A stretch of DNA of 35,613 nucleotides from Chiloscyllium plagiosum (lineage: Eukaryota). The position numbers and the translations under genes were made by a program. The notes under the pieces were generated by a model. It searched no databases, was not told the origin of the DNA, and saw only the letters and a program-made list of their open reading frames with translations. Positions 1-10,971 of the stretch are shown here, in pieces (the stretch's first letter is position 1; every line of letters begins with the position of its first letter). Location: the NCBI RefSeq assembly GCF_004010195.1, contig NC_057753.1, forward strand, positions 10,503,159 through 10,538,771, in the 5' to 3' direction.

Positions 1-140
1 CTCTCATTTATCTCTCCACCCTGCAGGCTCTCTGCCTCTATTCCTGATGAAAGGCTTTTGCCTGAAACGTCGATTTTTCTGCTCCTCGGATGCTGCCTGA
101 CCTGCTATGCTTTTCCAGCACCACTCTAATTTGGATTCTG
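1..140 (+). mobile_element. Penelope-like terminal repeat (pLTR), cut by the window edge
   Basis: Near-identical to 3593-3727. Confidence 0.8.
40..75 (+). ncRNA. Minimal type I hammerhead ribozyme motif
   Basis: attc-CTGATGA-a-aggc[tttt]gcct-GAAA-C-GTC-gatt. Confidence 0.7.
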
Positions 141-1602
141 GTCAGCATGGCCAAGTTGGATGGAAAGGTCAGTTTCCATGCTGTCCAGCTCTATGGTGGG
201 GACTTAACCCGTGTCCACATTCCCCCCCACCACCCTGCCACTTGTTCCCGGGCTCTGAGCTACACAACCTCATTGGGTCATCCAGATCCTGACAATTTCC
301 AAATAGCTCCGGGCATTTCTCACAAGCACCACTCGGATTGTCAGCCGCCGTCAGAAACTTTAGTTGTCCTTCTTGTCCAACCTTCAGCACTGGGCGAGCA
401 TTCTCTGTTCCCGTTGTGGGATCGTGTTCAAATAGCGACCAAATCAGTGAGTGATGAAAATAGTGTCTTTATTCAGCAACCGCAAGGTGCAAAAGTTTGA
501 GGTGGTGATGGATTCGCGAAATACCATCCTTACAGCAGCCTCTTAACACACTGTTCTTACAGAGATTAACACTCCGTCACTATGGTGTTCCATTGTTTTA
601 TCTATTGTACACAAACGCTGGCTGCTACTCCCGATAGGATTGAGATTGTCTGTGTGGTCTGCTTGCAGAATTAAGAGGCGACAGTCCTTTTGTCTTTTAA
701 GTTAGTAAATGTCAGTAAAAATACTAGGCCTGTATGTTGTAAATAAGTTGGACATTGTACCTGCACTGAATGAAAGAATAAAGGATATTAAACTGCTTCC
801 CGTGGCTGGATTGTGTGACATGTTTAGTATTTGCCGGCGTGAGTTTCATTCATTCCTGCAATTTCATGGAAGCGCAGTCTCGATAGTCAGTTTCTTAAAG
901 GGGACAGTGGCTGCGAGTCGGGGAAACTGTTTGATGCTCTGTATCTATGCAAGTCCTGAGAGGTGGTTGGTAAGGACTGATTGATATTATAATCTTTCAT
1001 GGAGACAACATGGCAAGGGATGGTATTGTTCTGAATACGTTACTATGTTCAGAATTAGCTTCTGCTTTAGAAATAGGCCTAAACACTGCCTGTAGCAAGA
1101 GCTGATAAGGGTTGAAGGCGTGAAAAAGCATAAATGAGTTGAAAAGGGTGTTTTAATTTAGTCTATCTTGTAATAGTAAAATATACTACAAAACCGTGGT
1201 TTTATGAATGACTGAATGAAGTCGCATTATAGGAAGGAGTTATGAATGAATGAAATGGGAATGCAGTATTATTAGATATAGGGCTCTTGTGAGCAGGTTA
1301 GAAAAGACTTATGAATGAGTAAATAGAAAGTGTTTGTGAGTGGGTTAGTAAAGAGACCTATAATACAATATCTCACACCATGTTATCGTCCTGGCAGCCT
1401 CATGGGGAAGGGAGAAACTGGAGCCAATCTTTACACAGGGTAGATTTCTTCACAGAGCCAAGCAGGACACATATACAGCTTCTGACTCCACTGCGTGTTC
1501 CAAATCAGTAAGTGTGTCTTAAACAGATGCTCAACTCACCAGTGAATGTGTGCCCTTTTGAATACTAATAGAAGTCACGCCCACAAAGAATCCAAACGTT
1601 CT

Positions 1603-2112
1603 CTACTCGGTGTGACTGGATTGGTGTCTGAACAGATGGGATGACTGATTGAAAGCTTTCCCACAGACAGAGGTGGTGAACGGTCTCTCCCCAGTGTGAA
1701 CAGGCTGGTGCCTCCGCAGGGAAGAACAATCAATGAATCCCTTCCCACACACTGAGCAGGTGAATGGTCTCTCCCCGGTGTGGATCCGCTGGTGACTCTG
1801 CAGGTTGGAGGACTGAATGAATGCTTTCCCACACACGGAGCAGGTGAACGGCCTCTCCCCGGTGTGGACCCGCTCGTGGATCACCAGGGCAGATGAATGG
1901 GTGAACCCCTTCTCACACACAGAGCAGGTGAACGGCTTCTCCCCGGTATGGACCTGCTGGTGGGTCACCAGGGCGGATGTATGGGTGAACCCCTTCCCAC
2001 ACACGGAGCACGTGAACGGTCTCTCCCCAGTGTGACAGCGACGATGGCTTTCAAGCAAGGACGGGAATTTGAATTCCTTCCCGCAGTCCCCACATTTCCA
2101 CGGTTTCTCCAT
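1603..2112 (-). CDS. Tandem C2H2 zinc-finger protein ZNF-A (169 aa; 5 intact fingers plus 1 degenerate)
   Basis: [17 protein letters not shown]... with CxxC...HxxxH repeats and TGE(R/K)P linkers; the last finger has C->T (FTTSVC). First ATG at 2112; the ORF-track start at 2172 is GTG. Confidence 0.85.
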   Translation of the reverse strand: MEKPWKCGDCGKEFKFPSLLESHRRCHTGERPFTCSVCGKGFTHTSALVTHQQVHTGEKPFTCSVCEKGFTHSSALVIHERVHTGERPFTCSVCGKAFIQSSNLQSHQRIHTGERPFTCSVCGKGFIDCSSLRRHQPVHTGERPFTTSVCGKAFNQSSHLFRHQSSHTE

Positions 2113-2607
2113 CACGTGGGAATCCCCGCCTCTCTCTAGCTTCAACAATCTGTTGCAAGACCACTCACACACGTAATGTGTTCTGTCTCACGCTGCTGCA
2201 CAGGGGGTGTTGCTATTTCAGACTGCATGTCCAGTTAAAGGTCTTCCCACAGTCAGTTCATTTCGTTGAGGTCTGCGTGCCTCAGTCTCACTGATGTTTG
2301 AAACCTTTCAAACAGACAGGACAGAAGAGAAATAAAAGATCCTGTAAGATTCAAAAGCTGATGATATTCCCATGCCAATGAAATAATTGTCTTTATCAGA
2401 TCTTGTTTTGAGATTTCTGGCTGCAATTCTTTCCCTTCTCACATCCTGTAAGCCATCACCGTCTACACAGGATAGAAATTCCAAACACACAATTCTGAAT
2501 CCTGTGGAACTTCTTCTCTCATTTCCCGCCAAAATGTGAATCTCAATGCCACACTCTCCCTCCAGTCTCAGTCTGCTGTAGGTGAGAGGAGACTTAAAAT
2601 CTATTGG

Positions 2608-2835
2608 GCAATCTTTTTTTTACAAAGAGGGTGGTTCACATACAAAATGAACTTCCTGAGGAAGAAGTGGACAATTCCAACATTTAAAAGACATTTGGAT
2701 GGGGAAGTGATTAAGAAAGGATTGTTGGGATATTGGCCAAGAGTAGCCAGGTGGGGACCTAGTTTAGGATCATGTTCAGCATGGACTGGTTGGATTAAAG
2801 TGTCTGTTTCCATGCTATATAACTATGACTCTACA
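2608..2835 (+). mobile_element. CR1-type LINE 3' end
   Basis: NELPEE/TFKRHLD-type coding remnant and 3' tail. Confidence 0.7.
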
Positions 2836-2938
2836 AGTGTACAGCCATGCAGCTAGTGATAATATGCCGTCCTGTTAGATGCTAACCAGATGGGGGAGCC
2901 CCCCCCCCTTAATTGAGAGCATTAGCCAAACAAATAAA

Positions 2939-3758
2939 TTTGGATCCCAACCAACCTTTGCATAAACCAAATCATCGCCCAACATTACCACCAGCTCCAA
3001 ACGGACCCACCACCAGGGATATATTTCCCTCCCTACCCCTTTCCAACTTTTGCACAGACCGTTCCCTCCGTGACTACCTGGTCAGGTCAACGCCCCCCTA
3101 CAACCCACCCTCCCATCCGGGCACCTTCCCCTGCCACCGCAAGAATTGCAAAACCTGCGCCCACACCTCCTCACTCACCTCCACCCAAGGCCCAAAATGA
3201 GCCTTCCACATCCATCAAACTTTCACCTGCACACCCACCAATATCATTTATTGTATCCGTTGCTCCCGATGTGGTCTCCTCTACATTGGGGAGACTGAAC
3301 GCCTCCTCGCAGAGCGCTTTAGGGAACATCTTTGGGACACCCGCACCAATCAACCACACCGCCCTGTGGCCCAACATTTCAACTCCCCCTCCTATTCTGC
3401 CGAAGACATGGAGTTCCTGGGCCTCCTTCACCACTGCTCCCTCACCACTCGATGCCTGGAGGAAGAACGCCTCATCTTCCGCCTCGGAACACTTCAACCC
3501 CAGGGCATCAATGTGGACTTCAACAGCTTCCTCATTTCCCCTTCCCCCACCTCATCCTAGTTTCAAACTTCCAGCTCAGCCCCCCCTCCTCCCATTTATC
3601 TCTCCACCCTTTAGGCACTCTGCCTGTATTCCTGATGAAGGGCTTTTGCCCGAAACGTCGATTTTACTGCTGCTCGGATGCAGCCTGAACTGCTGTGCTC
3701 TTCCAGCACCTTTAATCCAGAATCTGGTTTCCAGCATCTTCAGTCATTGTTTTTACCT
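2939..3758 (+). mobile_element. 5'-truncated Neptune-type PLE (zinc-binding linker, GIY-YIG endonuclease, pLTR)
   Basis: Frame reads PCHRKNCKTCAH...*...IIYCIRCSRCGLLYIGETERLLAERFREH...EEERLIFRLGTLQPQGIN with one stop at 3198-3200; TSD AAACAAATAAA at 2928-2938 and 3759-3769. Confidence 0.88.
3628..3663 (+). ncRNA. Minimal type I hammerhead ribozyme motif
   Basis: attc-CTGATGA-a-gggc[tttt]gccc-GAAA-C-GTC-gatt. Confidence 0.72.
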
Positions 3759-3940
3759 AAACAAATAAACTTACCAAGTTAAGGAAGAAAAGCCGGTCAT
3801 TGTCCTCAACAGAGAGACCAAGTCAGCCTTCCCAGAGACTGCCCCCTCCCTGGTTTCATTTCCTTTCAGTTCATCAAACTGAAGAGTTAAACCCCAGACT
3901 GGGAAAGGAAATAGAAAAGGGGGCGAGAAAAGAGAGTGCC

Positions 3941-4262
3941 GTACTCACAGAAGAAGGAAGTTGCAGTCTGGGGTAAAGATCAATCTTCATATAGAGAGCA
4001 GCAGCAGCAACTTTAGAAGCTCATGGTCCAACTTCCGCGTTCAGACATTAGGGACCTCTGATTGGCGGGAGGACCAGACTCCTTCCGGTCCTCCAGAGAT
4101 TCCAATTGGCCTACGATGGACTACCGTGACACAATGGTCTTTGACCAATAGTAGACAAGCGGTTTGGAACATGGAATCGTCATCGGCCGGATCTGCAGAA
4201 TGTTCCCGCCCCCTTGTGTTGGACGTCACAATGCGGAAGAAGGCCCGTCAGTTTTTCGACCG
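3941..4262 (-). promoter_or_regulatory. Putative promoter and non-coding first exon of ZNF-A (module copy 1)
   Basis: Minus-strand donor ct|GTGAGT (GT at 3948-3947); ETS cores ACTTCCGC 4031 and CTTCCGGT 4082; CCAAT boxes 4061, 4102-4109, 4145; GC box 4205; CRE-like GACGTCA 4222; locally CpG-rich. Confidence 0.65.
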
Positions 4263-4669
4263 AAAACCCCTCCCCCTGGGCAACATCTGAGAGCAAAGCA
4301 ATATCTCCCCCTTTCCATTCCTTTGCCTGAGAGAGAGAGAGGGGGAAAAAATGAATGGGGAGGGGGTGGGAGTGGGATTGGGGATGTACAGGGAATGAGC
4401 ACTTGTGGCAACTGGAGGCAGAGAGTATGAATCTAAGGGAAGGGGGTTTCAGACTCTCTCTGTGAAGGCTTTCTGATCCTTATGGCATTTATAAGGACTG
4501 GAACATGAGAAGGTACAGAGATCTGTCTAGTGTTATTAAACAGTCAATGTGGTATTTGTGGTTCTGTATGATGCGATTATAATTATTTGTTGTAATGTTG
4601 TGTTGTAGGTATGTCATATACTTCCAATTATGCTGTTATTGAAGGGGCTGGTAAGTGGGCATTGGACAG

Positions 4670-4879
4670 AGCTTCACAGAGATGTCCAACACGGAAACAG
4701 ACCCCTTGGTCTAACTCGTTCATGCTGATCAGTTATTCTGATAAATTGCATCCCATTTGCCAGCACTTGGCACAAATCCCTCTAAACCCTTCCTAATTCA
4801 TTCACCCAGCCAGATGCCCTTTAAATGTAATTGTACCAGCCTCCACCATTTCCTCTGGCAGATTATTCCATGCGTACAT
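4670..4879 (-). mobile_element. CR1-type LINE 3' end
   Basis: Homologous to 12475-12790 and 21280-21480. Confidence 0.7.
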
Positions 4880-5285
4880 AGAGAGTTCATTCATCAGTCT
4901 AACAAAGGCAGGGAAGAAACTCTTTCTAAACCTGTTGGTGCGTGATTCAAGATTCTGTATCTTCTGCCTGACCAAAGAGGTTGTAAGAGAGCATTAGCAG
5001 GGTGGGAGGGCACTTTGATGATGTTGGTAGCCTTTCTGCATAAATGAGAAGTGCAGGTGGAGACTGTGGATGATAAGTTGGCTTGTGTGATGGTCTGGGC
5101 TGTGCATAAAACCTATAGTTTCTTCCGGTCCTGGGCAGAGCAGTTGCCATACCAGGCCATTACGCACCCAGATAGAATACTTTCCATGGCGCATCTGTAA
5201 AAGTTGGTGAGGGTCATTATGGACATGCTGAATTTCATAAGCATCCTGAGGGAAAGAGGTGTTGTTGTGCTTTCTTGACTGAGAT
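4880..5285 (-). mobile_element. Rex1/Babar-type LINE 3' fragment
   Basis: LTNFYRCAMESILSGCVMAWYGNCSAQDRKKL resembles the DUF1891 region after the RT. Confidence 0.75.
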
Positions 5286-6079
5286 TGCCCCCATCATTAC
5301 TCCAGATGGTGAGAACACTCAAACAACCTATTGTGGAGTTTGCATTGCTGGCAGAAAGTAGTTTGTGTTCAGCAGCAGCTTAGTTACTCAGGCACTCGAC
5401 TAAAAGTACAGAAGGCCATGAGGAATCAGGGTGTTTCCAACCAACATTCCAACTGATCAGTCTAAACCTTTGAAGTTCCAAATGAAAACTGGAAGTTCAC
5501 TTAGCCAAAAAGCTAATGGAGACATCCTGATAAAATGACCAGGAATACTTGGAAACCTGAGAAGGATTCAAGTGAATCCTAGAGAGATGTTGCATGTCTT
5601 GGAGTATTCCCAGGAAGTGAATGAAATATTCATGTCAAGATTTGTGGGAGCTCTTGCAGGGAAGTTAAGAAATTAGATTTACATTAAAGGCCTTACCTGT
5701 TATTCTGCTAAGTTACTCCAATTAATTGGTAATTTTTCTAGTTAATCACTAGGTATTCAGATTTCTCTTCAGAATTAAAGATCATAACAAAACTGGGTGT
5801 CATTGTGGGATTTTGAATCTGTAGTGTGTGCTTAGTAAAGTTTTAATGAACAATATATCACACTGAATTTTATCATGTTAAGTACTAAGACTTTCTGGAG
5901 AGGAAAGATTTGCCCTTGTGTGTTTTGCAACACTTAACCAAGGTCAGTTCAATAGAATAAGCAGACAGATTGATGCTAGAGTGTGACAGCTGGGGCAAAA
6001 CATCAAAAATAATGCAGGCCGGAGCACAGCAATTAGGGTTAGAAGGTTAGCCAAAAATAAAAAAACTGGTTGGGAAGTT

Positions 6080-6630
6080 TCGTCAGCTTTTTTTAAAAAG
6101 AAGTTAACAAAATAAATGTTGGTTTTGTGAAAAATGAGTCTGGGGATTCAGTAACAGAGGATAAAGAAATGGCAGATGAATTGAAAAGAGCTTGAATCTG
6201 TCTTCACTCGAGAGGATATAAGTAACACCCTAGAACTAGCTGTAAATCAGGAAAGGGAGGGAGGAACTGAAGAAAATTACAATTACCAGGGATGTAGTAC
6301 TGACTAAACTGTTGGAACTATGAGTTGACAAGTCCCAGGTACTGCAAGGATTTCATCCTAGACTCAAAGAAAAATTGGCTAGTGAAATAGTTAATGTATT
6401 GGTTTTAATTTTCCAAATCTCATTAGTTTCAGGGAAGGTTTCTTTAGGTTGTTAAACTCCTTTCTTCAAAAAGGGAGCCAGAGAACAGGAAACTGCAGAC
6501 CATTTACCTTAACATAAGTCATAGGGAAAACGTTCAAAGCTATAATTAAAGATATTGTGAAAAGGCACTTGTCTAAGTTCAAGGTAACCAGGCAGTGTGA
6601 ATGTGTTTTTGTCAATAGGAAATAATGTAA
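6080..6630 (+). mobile_element. CR1 ORF2 internal fragment (decayed)
   Basis: EMADEL..SVFT, DKSQ..GFHPR and PF.KKG...GNCRPFTLT remnants. Confidence 0.65.
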
Positions 6631-6641
6631 TAATATTTCAA

Positions 6642-6890
6642 GAACGGCCTCTCCCCTCTGCGACTGAGCTGATGAATCTCCAGTGCCGACAGGGAATGGA
6701 ATCCCTTCCCTCAATCCCCACATTTTCACGACTTCTCTGCAGTTTTGATGTCCTTTTGGATCTGTGTTTCTGATGAACAATTGAAAGTATGACCACAGTC
6801 AGGAAACTGTCCCCCCCCCACTGCTGCGAATAGTGTAATGTTTCTTCATTCTGCGTAATTGGTTCCCACAGTCAGCTCACGGGGACACTC
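6642..6890 (-). pseudogene. C2H2 ZNF pseudogene fragment (first finger and upstream exon sequence)
   Basis: Minus strand 6740-6642 translates AEKS*KCGD*GKGFHSLSALEIHQLSRRGERPF, a homologue of finger 1 with two stops; flanked by CR1 fragments. Confidence 0.75.
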
Positions 6891-7023
6891 TCTCAACAAG
6901 AGGAAACGACATACAAAAGTTGAGCACCACACTCTTTTTCACTGGAGCACAAGAGGTTCAGAGGTGACCGTATAGAGGTTAATAAATCATGAGGGGTATA
7001 TAATCATGGTTAATAAACCATGT

Positions 7024-7342
7024 GGGCGGCACGGTGGCAGAGTGGTTAGCACTGCTGCCTCACAGCGCCAGAGACCCGGGTTCAATTCCCACCTCAGGCG
7101 ACTGAGTGTGTGGAGTTTGCACGTTCTCCCCGTGTCTGCGTGGGTTTCCTCCGGGTGCTCCGGTTTCCTCCCACAGTCCAAAGATGTGCAGGGTCAGGTG
7201 AATTGGCCATGCTAAATTCCCCGTAGTGTTAGGTAAGGGGTAAATTTAGGGGTATGGGTGGGTTGCGCTTCGGCGGGTCGGTGTGGACTTGTTGGGCCGA
7301 ATGGCCTGTTTCCACACTGTAATCTAATCTAAATCTAATCTA
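7024..7342 (+). mobile_element. Full-length tRNA-derived V-SINE (HE1-like)
   Basis: A box TGGCAGAGTGG, B box GGTTCAATTCC, V-domain gtgtggagtttgcacgttctccccgtg...ccggtttcctccca, (AATCT)n tail. Confidence 0.88.
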
Positions 7343-7500
7343 GATGAGGTGAACGGCGGGTATCCTTTCCCTATGGTGGGGGTTTTAAAATTATCTTTAT
7401 CTGTATCACTCCCTACACCCACCTCCAGTCTTCAATAAGGATTACACCCGAAACATCGACTTCTCCACCTCCTGATGCTGCCTGGCTTGCTATGTTCTGG

Positions 7501-7525
7501 GAGAGAGAGAGAGAGAGAGAGAGAG
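7501..7525 (+). repeat. (GA)n microsatellite
   Basis: About 12 GA units; homologous to the (CT)n at about 17797-17820. Confidence 0.9.
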
Positions 7526-7779
7526 GGGAGGGGGCGAAATCTGTTCACTTGTAGCAACTGGAGTGAACCCAGGGAGGGAGCAGACTCTGCAAACTCTGGT
7601 ATGTGTCTTAATTACCTGGGTGAGGAAGGATAGGATGGGGCTCTTTTGCCCATCATGCCAGAGTCTGAGGGGGTGACATTATGGACTTAGAAAATCATGA
7701 GGGGCATGGATAGGGTAAATAGACATGATCTTTTCCTTGGGATGGGGTCCTAGTGGTCGCAGTAGTCTGGCTGTCATAA

Positions 7780-8358
7780 CAGCACACAAACCAACAGCCA
7801 CTCTCAGACAATACCTCACCAGGACGAAGGACCCGATACCCAGCATGAGCAAAACCAATGTAGTGTACAAAATCCCATGCAAGGACTGCACAAAACACCA
7901 CATAGGACAAACAGGAAGACAGCTAATGATCCACATCCATGAACACCAACTAGCCATGAAACGACACAACCAGCTATCCTTAGTAGCCACACACTCAGAT
8001 GACAAGCAACATGAGTTCGACTGGGACAACACTACTATTATAGGACAAGCCAAACAGAGAACAGCCAGGGAATTCCTAGAGGCATGGCACTCATCCACAG
8101 ATTCAATCAATAAGACATCGACCTGGACCCAATATATACCGGCCACTACAGCGGACAGCTGGAACTGACAACCGGAAGCGGCAGATACAAATCACTATAA
8201 ATGCCGGAGGAAACATCACAGAAGCGCTTCACAGGAGGCTTCAAAGTACTGAGGATGTCACCTAGACAGGGGACGAAACGTCTGCAACACAAATTCCCAG
8301 CTTGGCGAACAGAACCACAACGAGTACCTGAGCTACAAATCTTCTCACAAACTTTGAA
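7780..8358 (+). mobile_element. 5'-truncated Poseidon-type PLE (GIY-YIG domain and 3' repeat)
   Basis: ORF NVVYKIPCKDCTKHHIGQTGRQLMIHIHEH...REFLEAWHS; lacks the Neptune Cys linker. Confidence 0.82.
8246..8285 (+). ncRNA. Minimal hammerhead ribozyme motif (Poseidon-type element)
   Basis: gta-CTGAGGA-t-gtc(acc tagaca ggg)gac-GAAA-C-GTC-tgc. Confidence 0.65.
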
Positions 8359-8639
8359 CAAACCTAGATTGCTGTTAAGTCTTTCATCGTTTAGAATGGG
8401 TTGCAGTTTTCAGTTCATTAATCTGTAAATCCCAGAACATCTTTTAAGTTTCGTTCTCAAGATGACTTAAGGTTTTCTAAAAAAGAAATAGGTGACGTCT
8501 CAGTTTGCATGAGTGTGCACGGAAGAGTGTTTGCATGCTTGGTAAAGTGAGTGTGATGGAGTATAAGCGTGTGTGTGTGTGTTGGGATCTGTATATGTGT
8601 GACTCTGAGAAAGAATTGTCCATGAGAGAGGTATGAATA

Positions 8640-9320
8640 AAGCAAGGGGTTGCGTTTTGCTAAAAGAAGGAAGAGCAGGACTTGTACAGGTAGTGGATTA
8701 GAGTGGTGCTGGAAAAGCACAGTTCAGGCAGCATCCTCGGATGCTGCCTGAACTGCTGTGCTTTTCCAGCATCACTCTAATCCAGAATCTGGTTTCCAGC
8801 ATCTGCAGTCATTGTTTTTACCTTGTACAGATAGTGGTCAGGCTCTGGGTCATGTTGTAGAACAGAGACATGGGAGTGTTCAGGTACAAGGTTCTTTGAA
8901 AGTTGCATCACTGGGAGACAGGGTGGTTAAGAAGGCATTTAGCACCATTGCCTTCACTGTTCACACCATTGAGTATAGGAGTTGGGACATCATGCTGAGG
9001 TTGTACAGGATGTTGGTAAGGTGACTTGCAGAGTACTGAGTCCGGTTCTGGTGGCCCTATTATAGGAAGAATACTATTAGAGAGGGTTCAGTAAAGATTT
9101 ACCAGGATGTTGCCAGGACTGTAGGATTTGCATTATAAGGAGAGGCAGGGACCTTTTTCACTGGAGCACAGGAGGTCATAGTTCCGTGAAAGTGGAGTCT
9201 CAGGTGGACATGATAGTGAAGAAGGCATTCAGTATGCTTCCATTTATTGGTCAGAACATTGAGAGGAGTTGGAAGGTCTTGTTGTGGCTGTACTGGACCT
9301 TGCTTAGACCACTTTTGTTG
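8640..9320 (+). mobile_element. CR1 RT C-terminal fragments
   Basis: VQVQGSLKVASLGDRVVKKAF...IEYRSWDIMLRLYRMLVR. Confidence 0.75.
8694..8821 (+). mobile_element. Foldback pLTR fragment (palindrome 8694-8784)
   Basis: tggattagagtggtgctggaaaagcacagttcaggcagcatcc-tc-ggatgctgcctgaactgctgtgcttttccagcatcactctaatcca; flanking duplication CTTGTACAG(G/A)TAGTGG at 8681-8696 and 8822-8837. Confidence 0.75.
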
Positions 9321-9340
9321 AGGGGTGATCTCATTGAGAG

Positions 9341-9636
9341 GGGGTGGCATGATGATTCAGTGGTTAGCACTGCTGCCTCACAATGCCAGTGACCCGGGTT
9401 CGATTCCAGCCTTGTGCGACTGTCCGTGTGGAGTTTGCACATTCTCCGTGTCTGTGTGGGTTTCCTCCGGGTGATCTGGTTTCTTCCCGCAATTCAAAGA
9501 TGTGCAGGCCGGGTGAATTGGTCACGCTAAATTGACCATAGTGTTAGGTGCATTAGTCAGGGGTAAATGTAGGTCTGTGTGGATAACTTGTTGGGCCAAA
9601 GGGCCTGTTTCCATACTGTAGGGAATCTAATCTAAT
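9341..9636 (+). mobile_element. V-SINE (HE1-like)
   Basis: B box GGTTCGATTCC, V-domain and AATCT tail. Confidence 0.85.
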
Positions 9637-10090
9637 TTATAGCAAAGGCCAATCCATCCTTACCTGCACATCCCTGGGCACTATGGGTAATTTAGCATGG
9701 TCAATCCACCCTAACCTACACCCTAATCTATAAATTACCTTCTCAAGAATGTAATTTAAATGCAGAGCTTTTCTAAGAAAATTGTACTATTTGCATTGTA
9801 CCCTGACAAGTCAGTGACTTTGGGAGGAGAACAAAAATTGGAATTTCTACTTGAATATTGATGCTCCCATTTATATCTCTCAAAAGGAGATTGTTTGATC
9901 CATCAAATTTGTAATGGCTGTTTTGATGAAGTATTTCCCTGTATCCACATATATCTGGAATAATTTCCTTTTCAAGAATTCTGCAAGTACCTTTGCCATT
10001 TACTGGTTCCATCATCCCTTCAAGATCATTTCAAATCGCAACAACTTGCATATTTCTTAAAAATTAAATAATCTTACCCCCAGCTCAACC

Positions 10091-10572
10091 CCCTTTTTAA
10101 AAGTGTCTGCACTATTTCCAACATGGTCATGCTTTTTAAATATTACCCCGTACTTTTAATTACGACCAAGTCTCTTTAGATTTCAATGTATGTTTTTAAA
10201 TAGAAAAATACCCCTTTACATGTAGCTAAGCCCTTTAAAAGTCTTACGTTCCTCTAAGCGCAATTTTGCCTCCCGACAATGTATATTTACTCCTTTAGAC
10301 CTGCCTGTCTCTTAAAAGGATATTTCTGCTTGTAACTAGGGCAACGTCTCTTCGAAATATAGATTCATTTAGATAGGTCTGCGGCACTTTACATATTAAG
10401 ATATCCCTTTGAATGTGCTCACATCCCTTTGAAATATACTTTTGTCTAGTTAAGTCTATTTATTTGCAGAAATATCTAGTTAAAATGTCCATATCTCTTT
10501 AAAATGCAGATTCCCCCCCTTAGATATGACTATGTTTCGTTATTATGTCGGAATATCTCTTTACATTAAGCC
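10091..10572. repeat. Cryptic ~20-bp periodic array of about 24 units (core RTCYCTTTAVAT with variable spacers)
   Basis: Core T|R steps at 10098, 10137, 10157, 10177, 10197, 10217, 10236, 10255, 10296, 10313, 10333, 10353, 10370, 10390, 10410, 10430, 10451, 10481, 10500, 10521, 10541 and 10562, plus weak units near 10118 and 10275. Confidence 0.75.
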
Positions 10573-10659
10573 ATGAGCTTTCACAATGTAGACAGGGCTA
10601 CTCGAAACGTGGCAGTGTCCCCCCTGCAGCTGCAGAGCGAGACAGGAGAGTTTGTTTTT

Positions 10660-10960
10660 GTGAATGAGCAGTTGTAGCGCGAGGTGGCTGTTGCTTGGTG
10701 ACGGTGAGGTTCCCCGGCCCCGCCCATCCCCCCGTGCAGACGTCACGCGGGGGCGAAGGCGGTTGGGAGGAGAAGTCGCTCGAGCGGGGAAGCGGCGGGA
10801 GGGCGGCCGTTAGGAAAACGTCCCCGTGCGGCCCGGGGCAGACACCCGTCACTGGGCACCGCCGCCTTCCTGGCGCAGCTGCTGTGTCACAGCCACACCG
10901 GCCGGCTGTACAGTGGGCAGGAGCCGGTGAGCATTCTGGAGGCGGATGGGGTTAAGGGCC
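10660..10960. promoter_or_regulatory. CpG-rich promoter-like island with no linked gene visible
   Basis: High GC and CpG; X-box-like GTTGCTTGGTGAC 10690-10702, GC box GGCCCCGCCC 10716-10725, CRE-like GACGTCA 10739-10745. Confidence 0.6.
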
Positions 10961-10971
10961 TGCTTGGGAAC

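Noticed and set aside
90..984. ORFs 90-500 and 709-984
   Set aside because: No recognisable domain; the first starts inside a pLTR.
7024..7100. tRNA genes at A/B-box sequences (also 9341 and 18686)
   Set aside because: These are SINE heads continuing into the V-domain; no full cloverleaf.
7425..7462. Further hammerhead-like sites (7425, 13405-13440, 14065-14100, 15585, 23247, 23940, 25000, 30125)
   Set aside because: Core or cleavage triplet is mutated; counted as decayed copies.
9773..10015. 80-aa minus-strand ORF beside the periodic array
   Set aside because: No recognisable motif or splice support; length is compatible with chance.
10091..10572. CRISPR interpretation of the repeat-spacer pattern
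   Set aside because: Core is about 10-12 bp and degenerate, spacers are about 8-10 bp, there are no cas genes, and the context is vertebrate.
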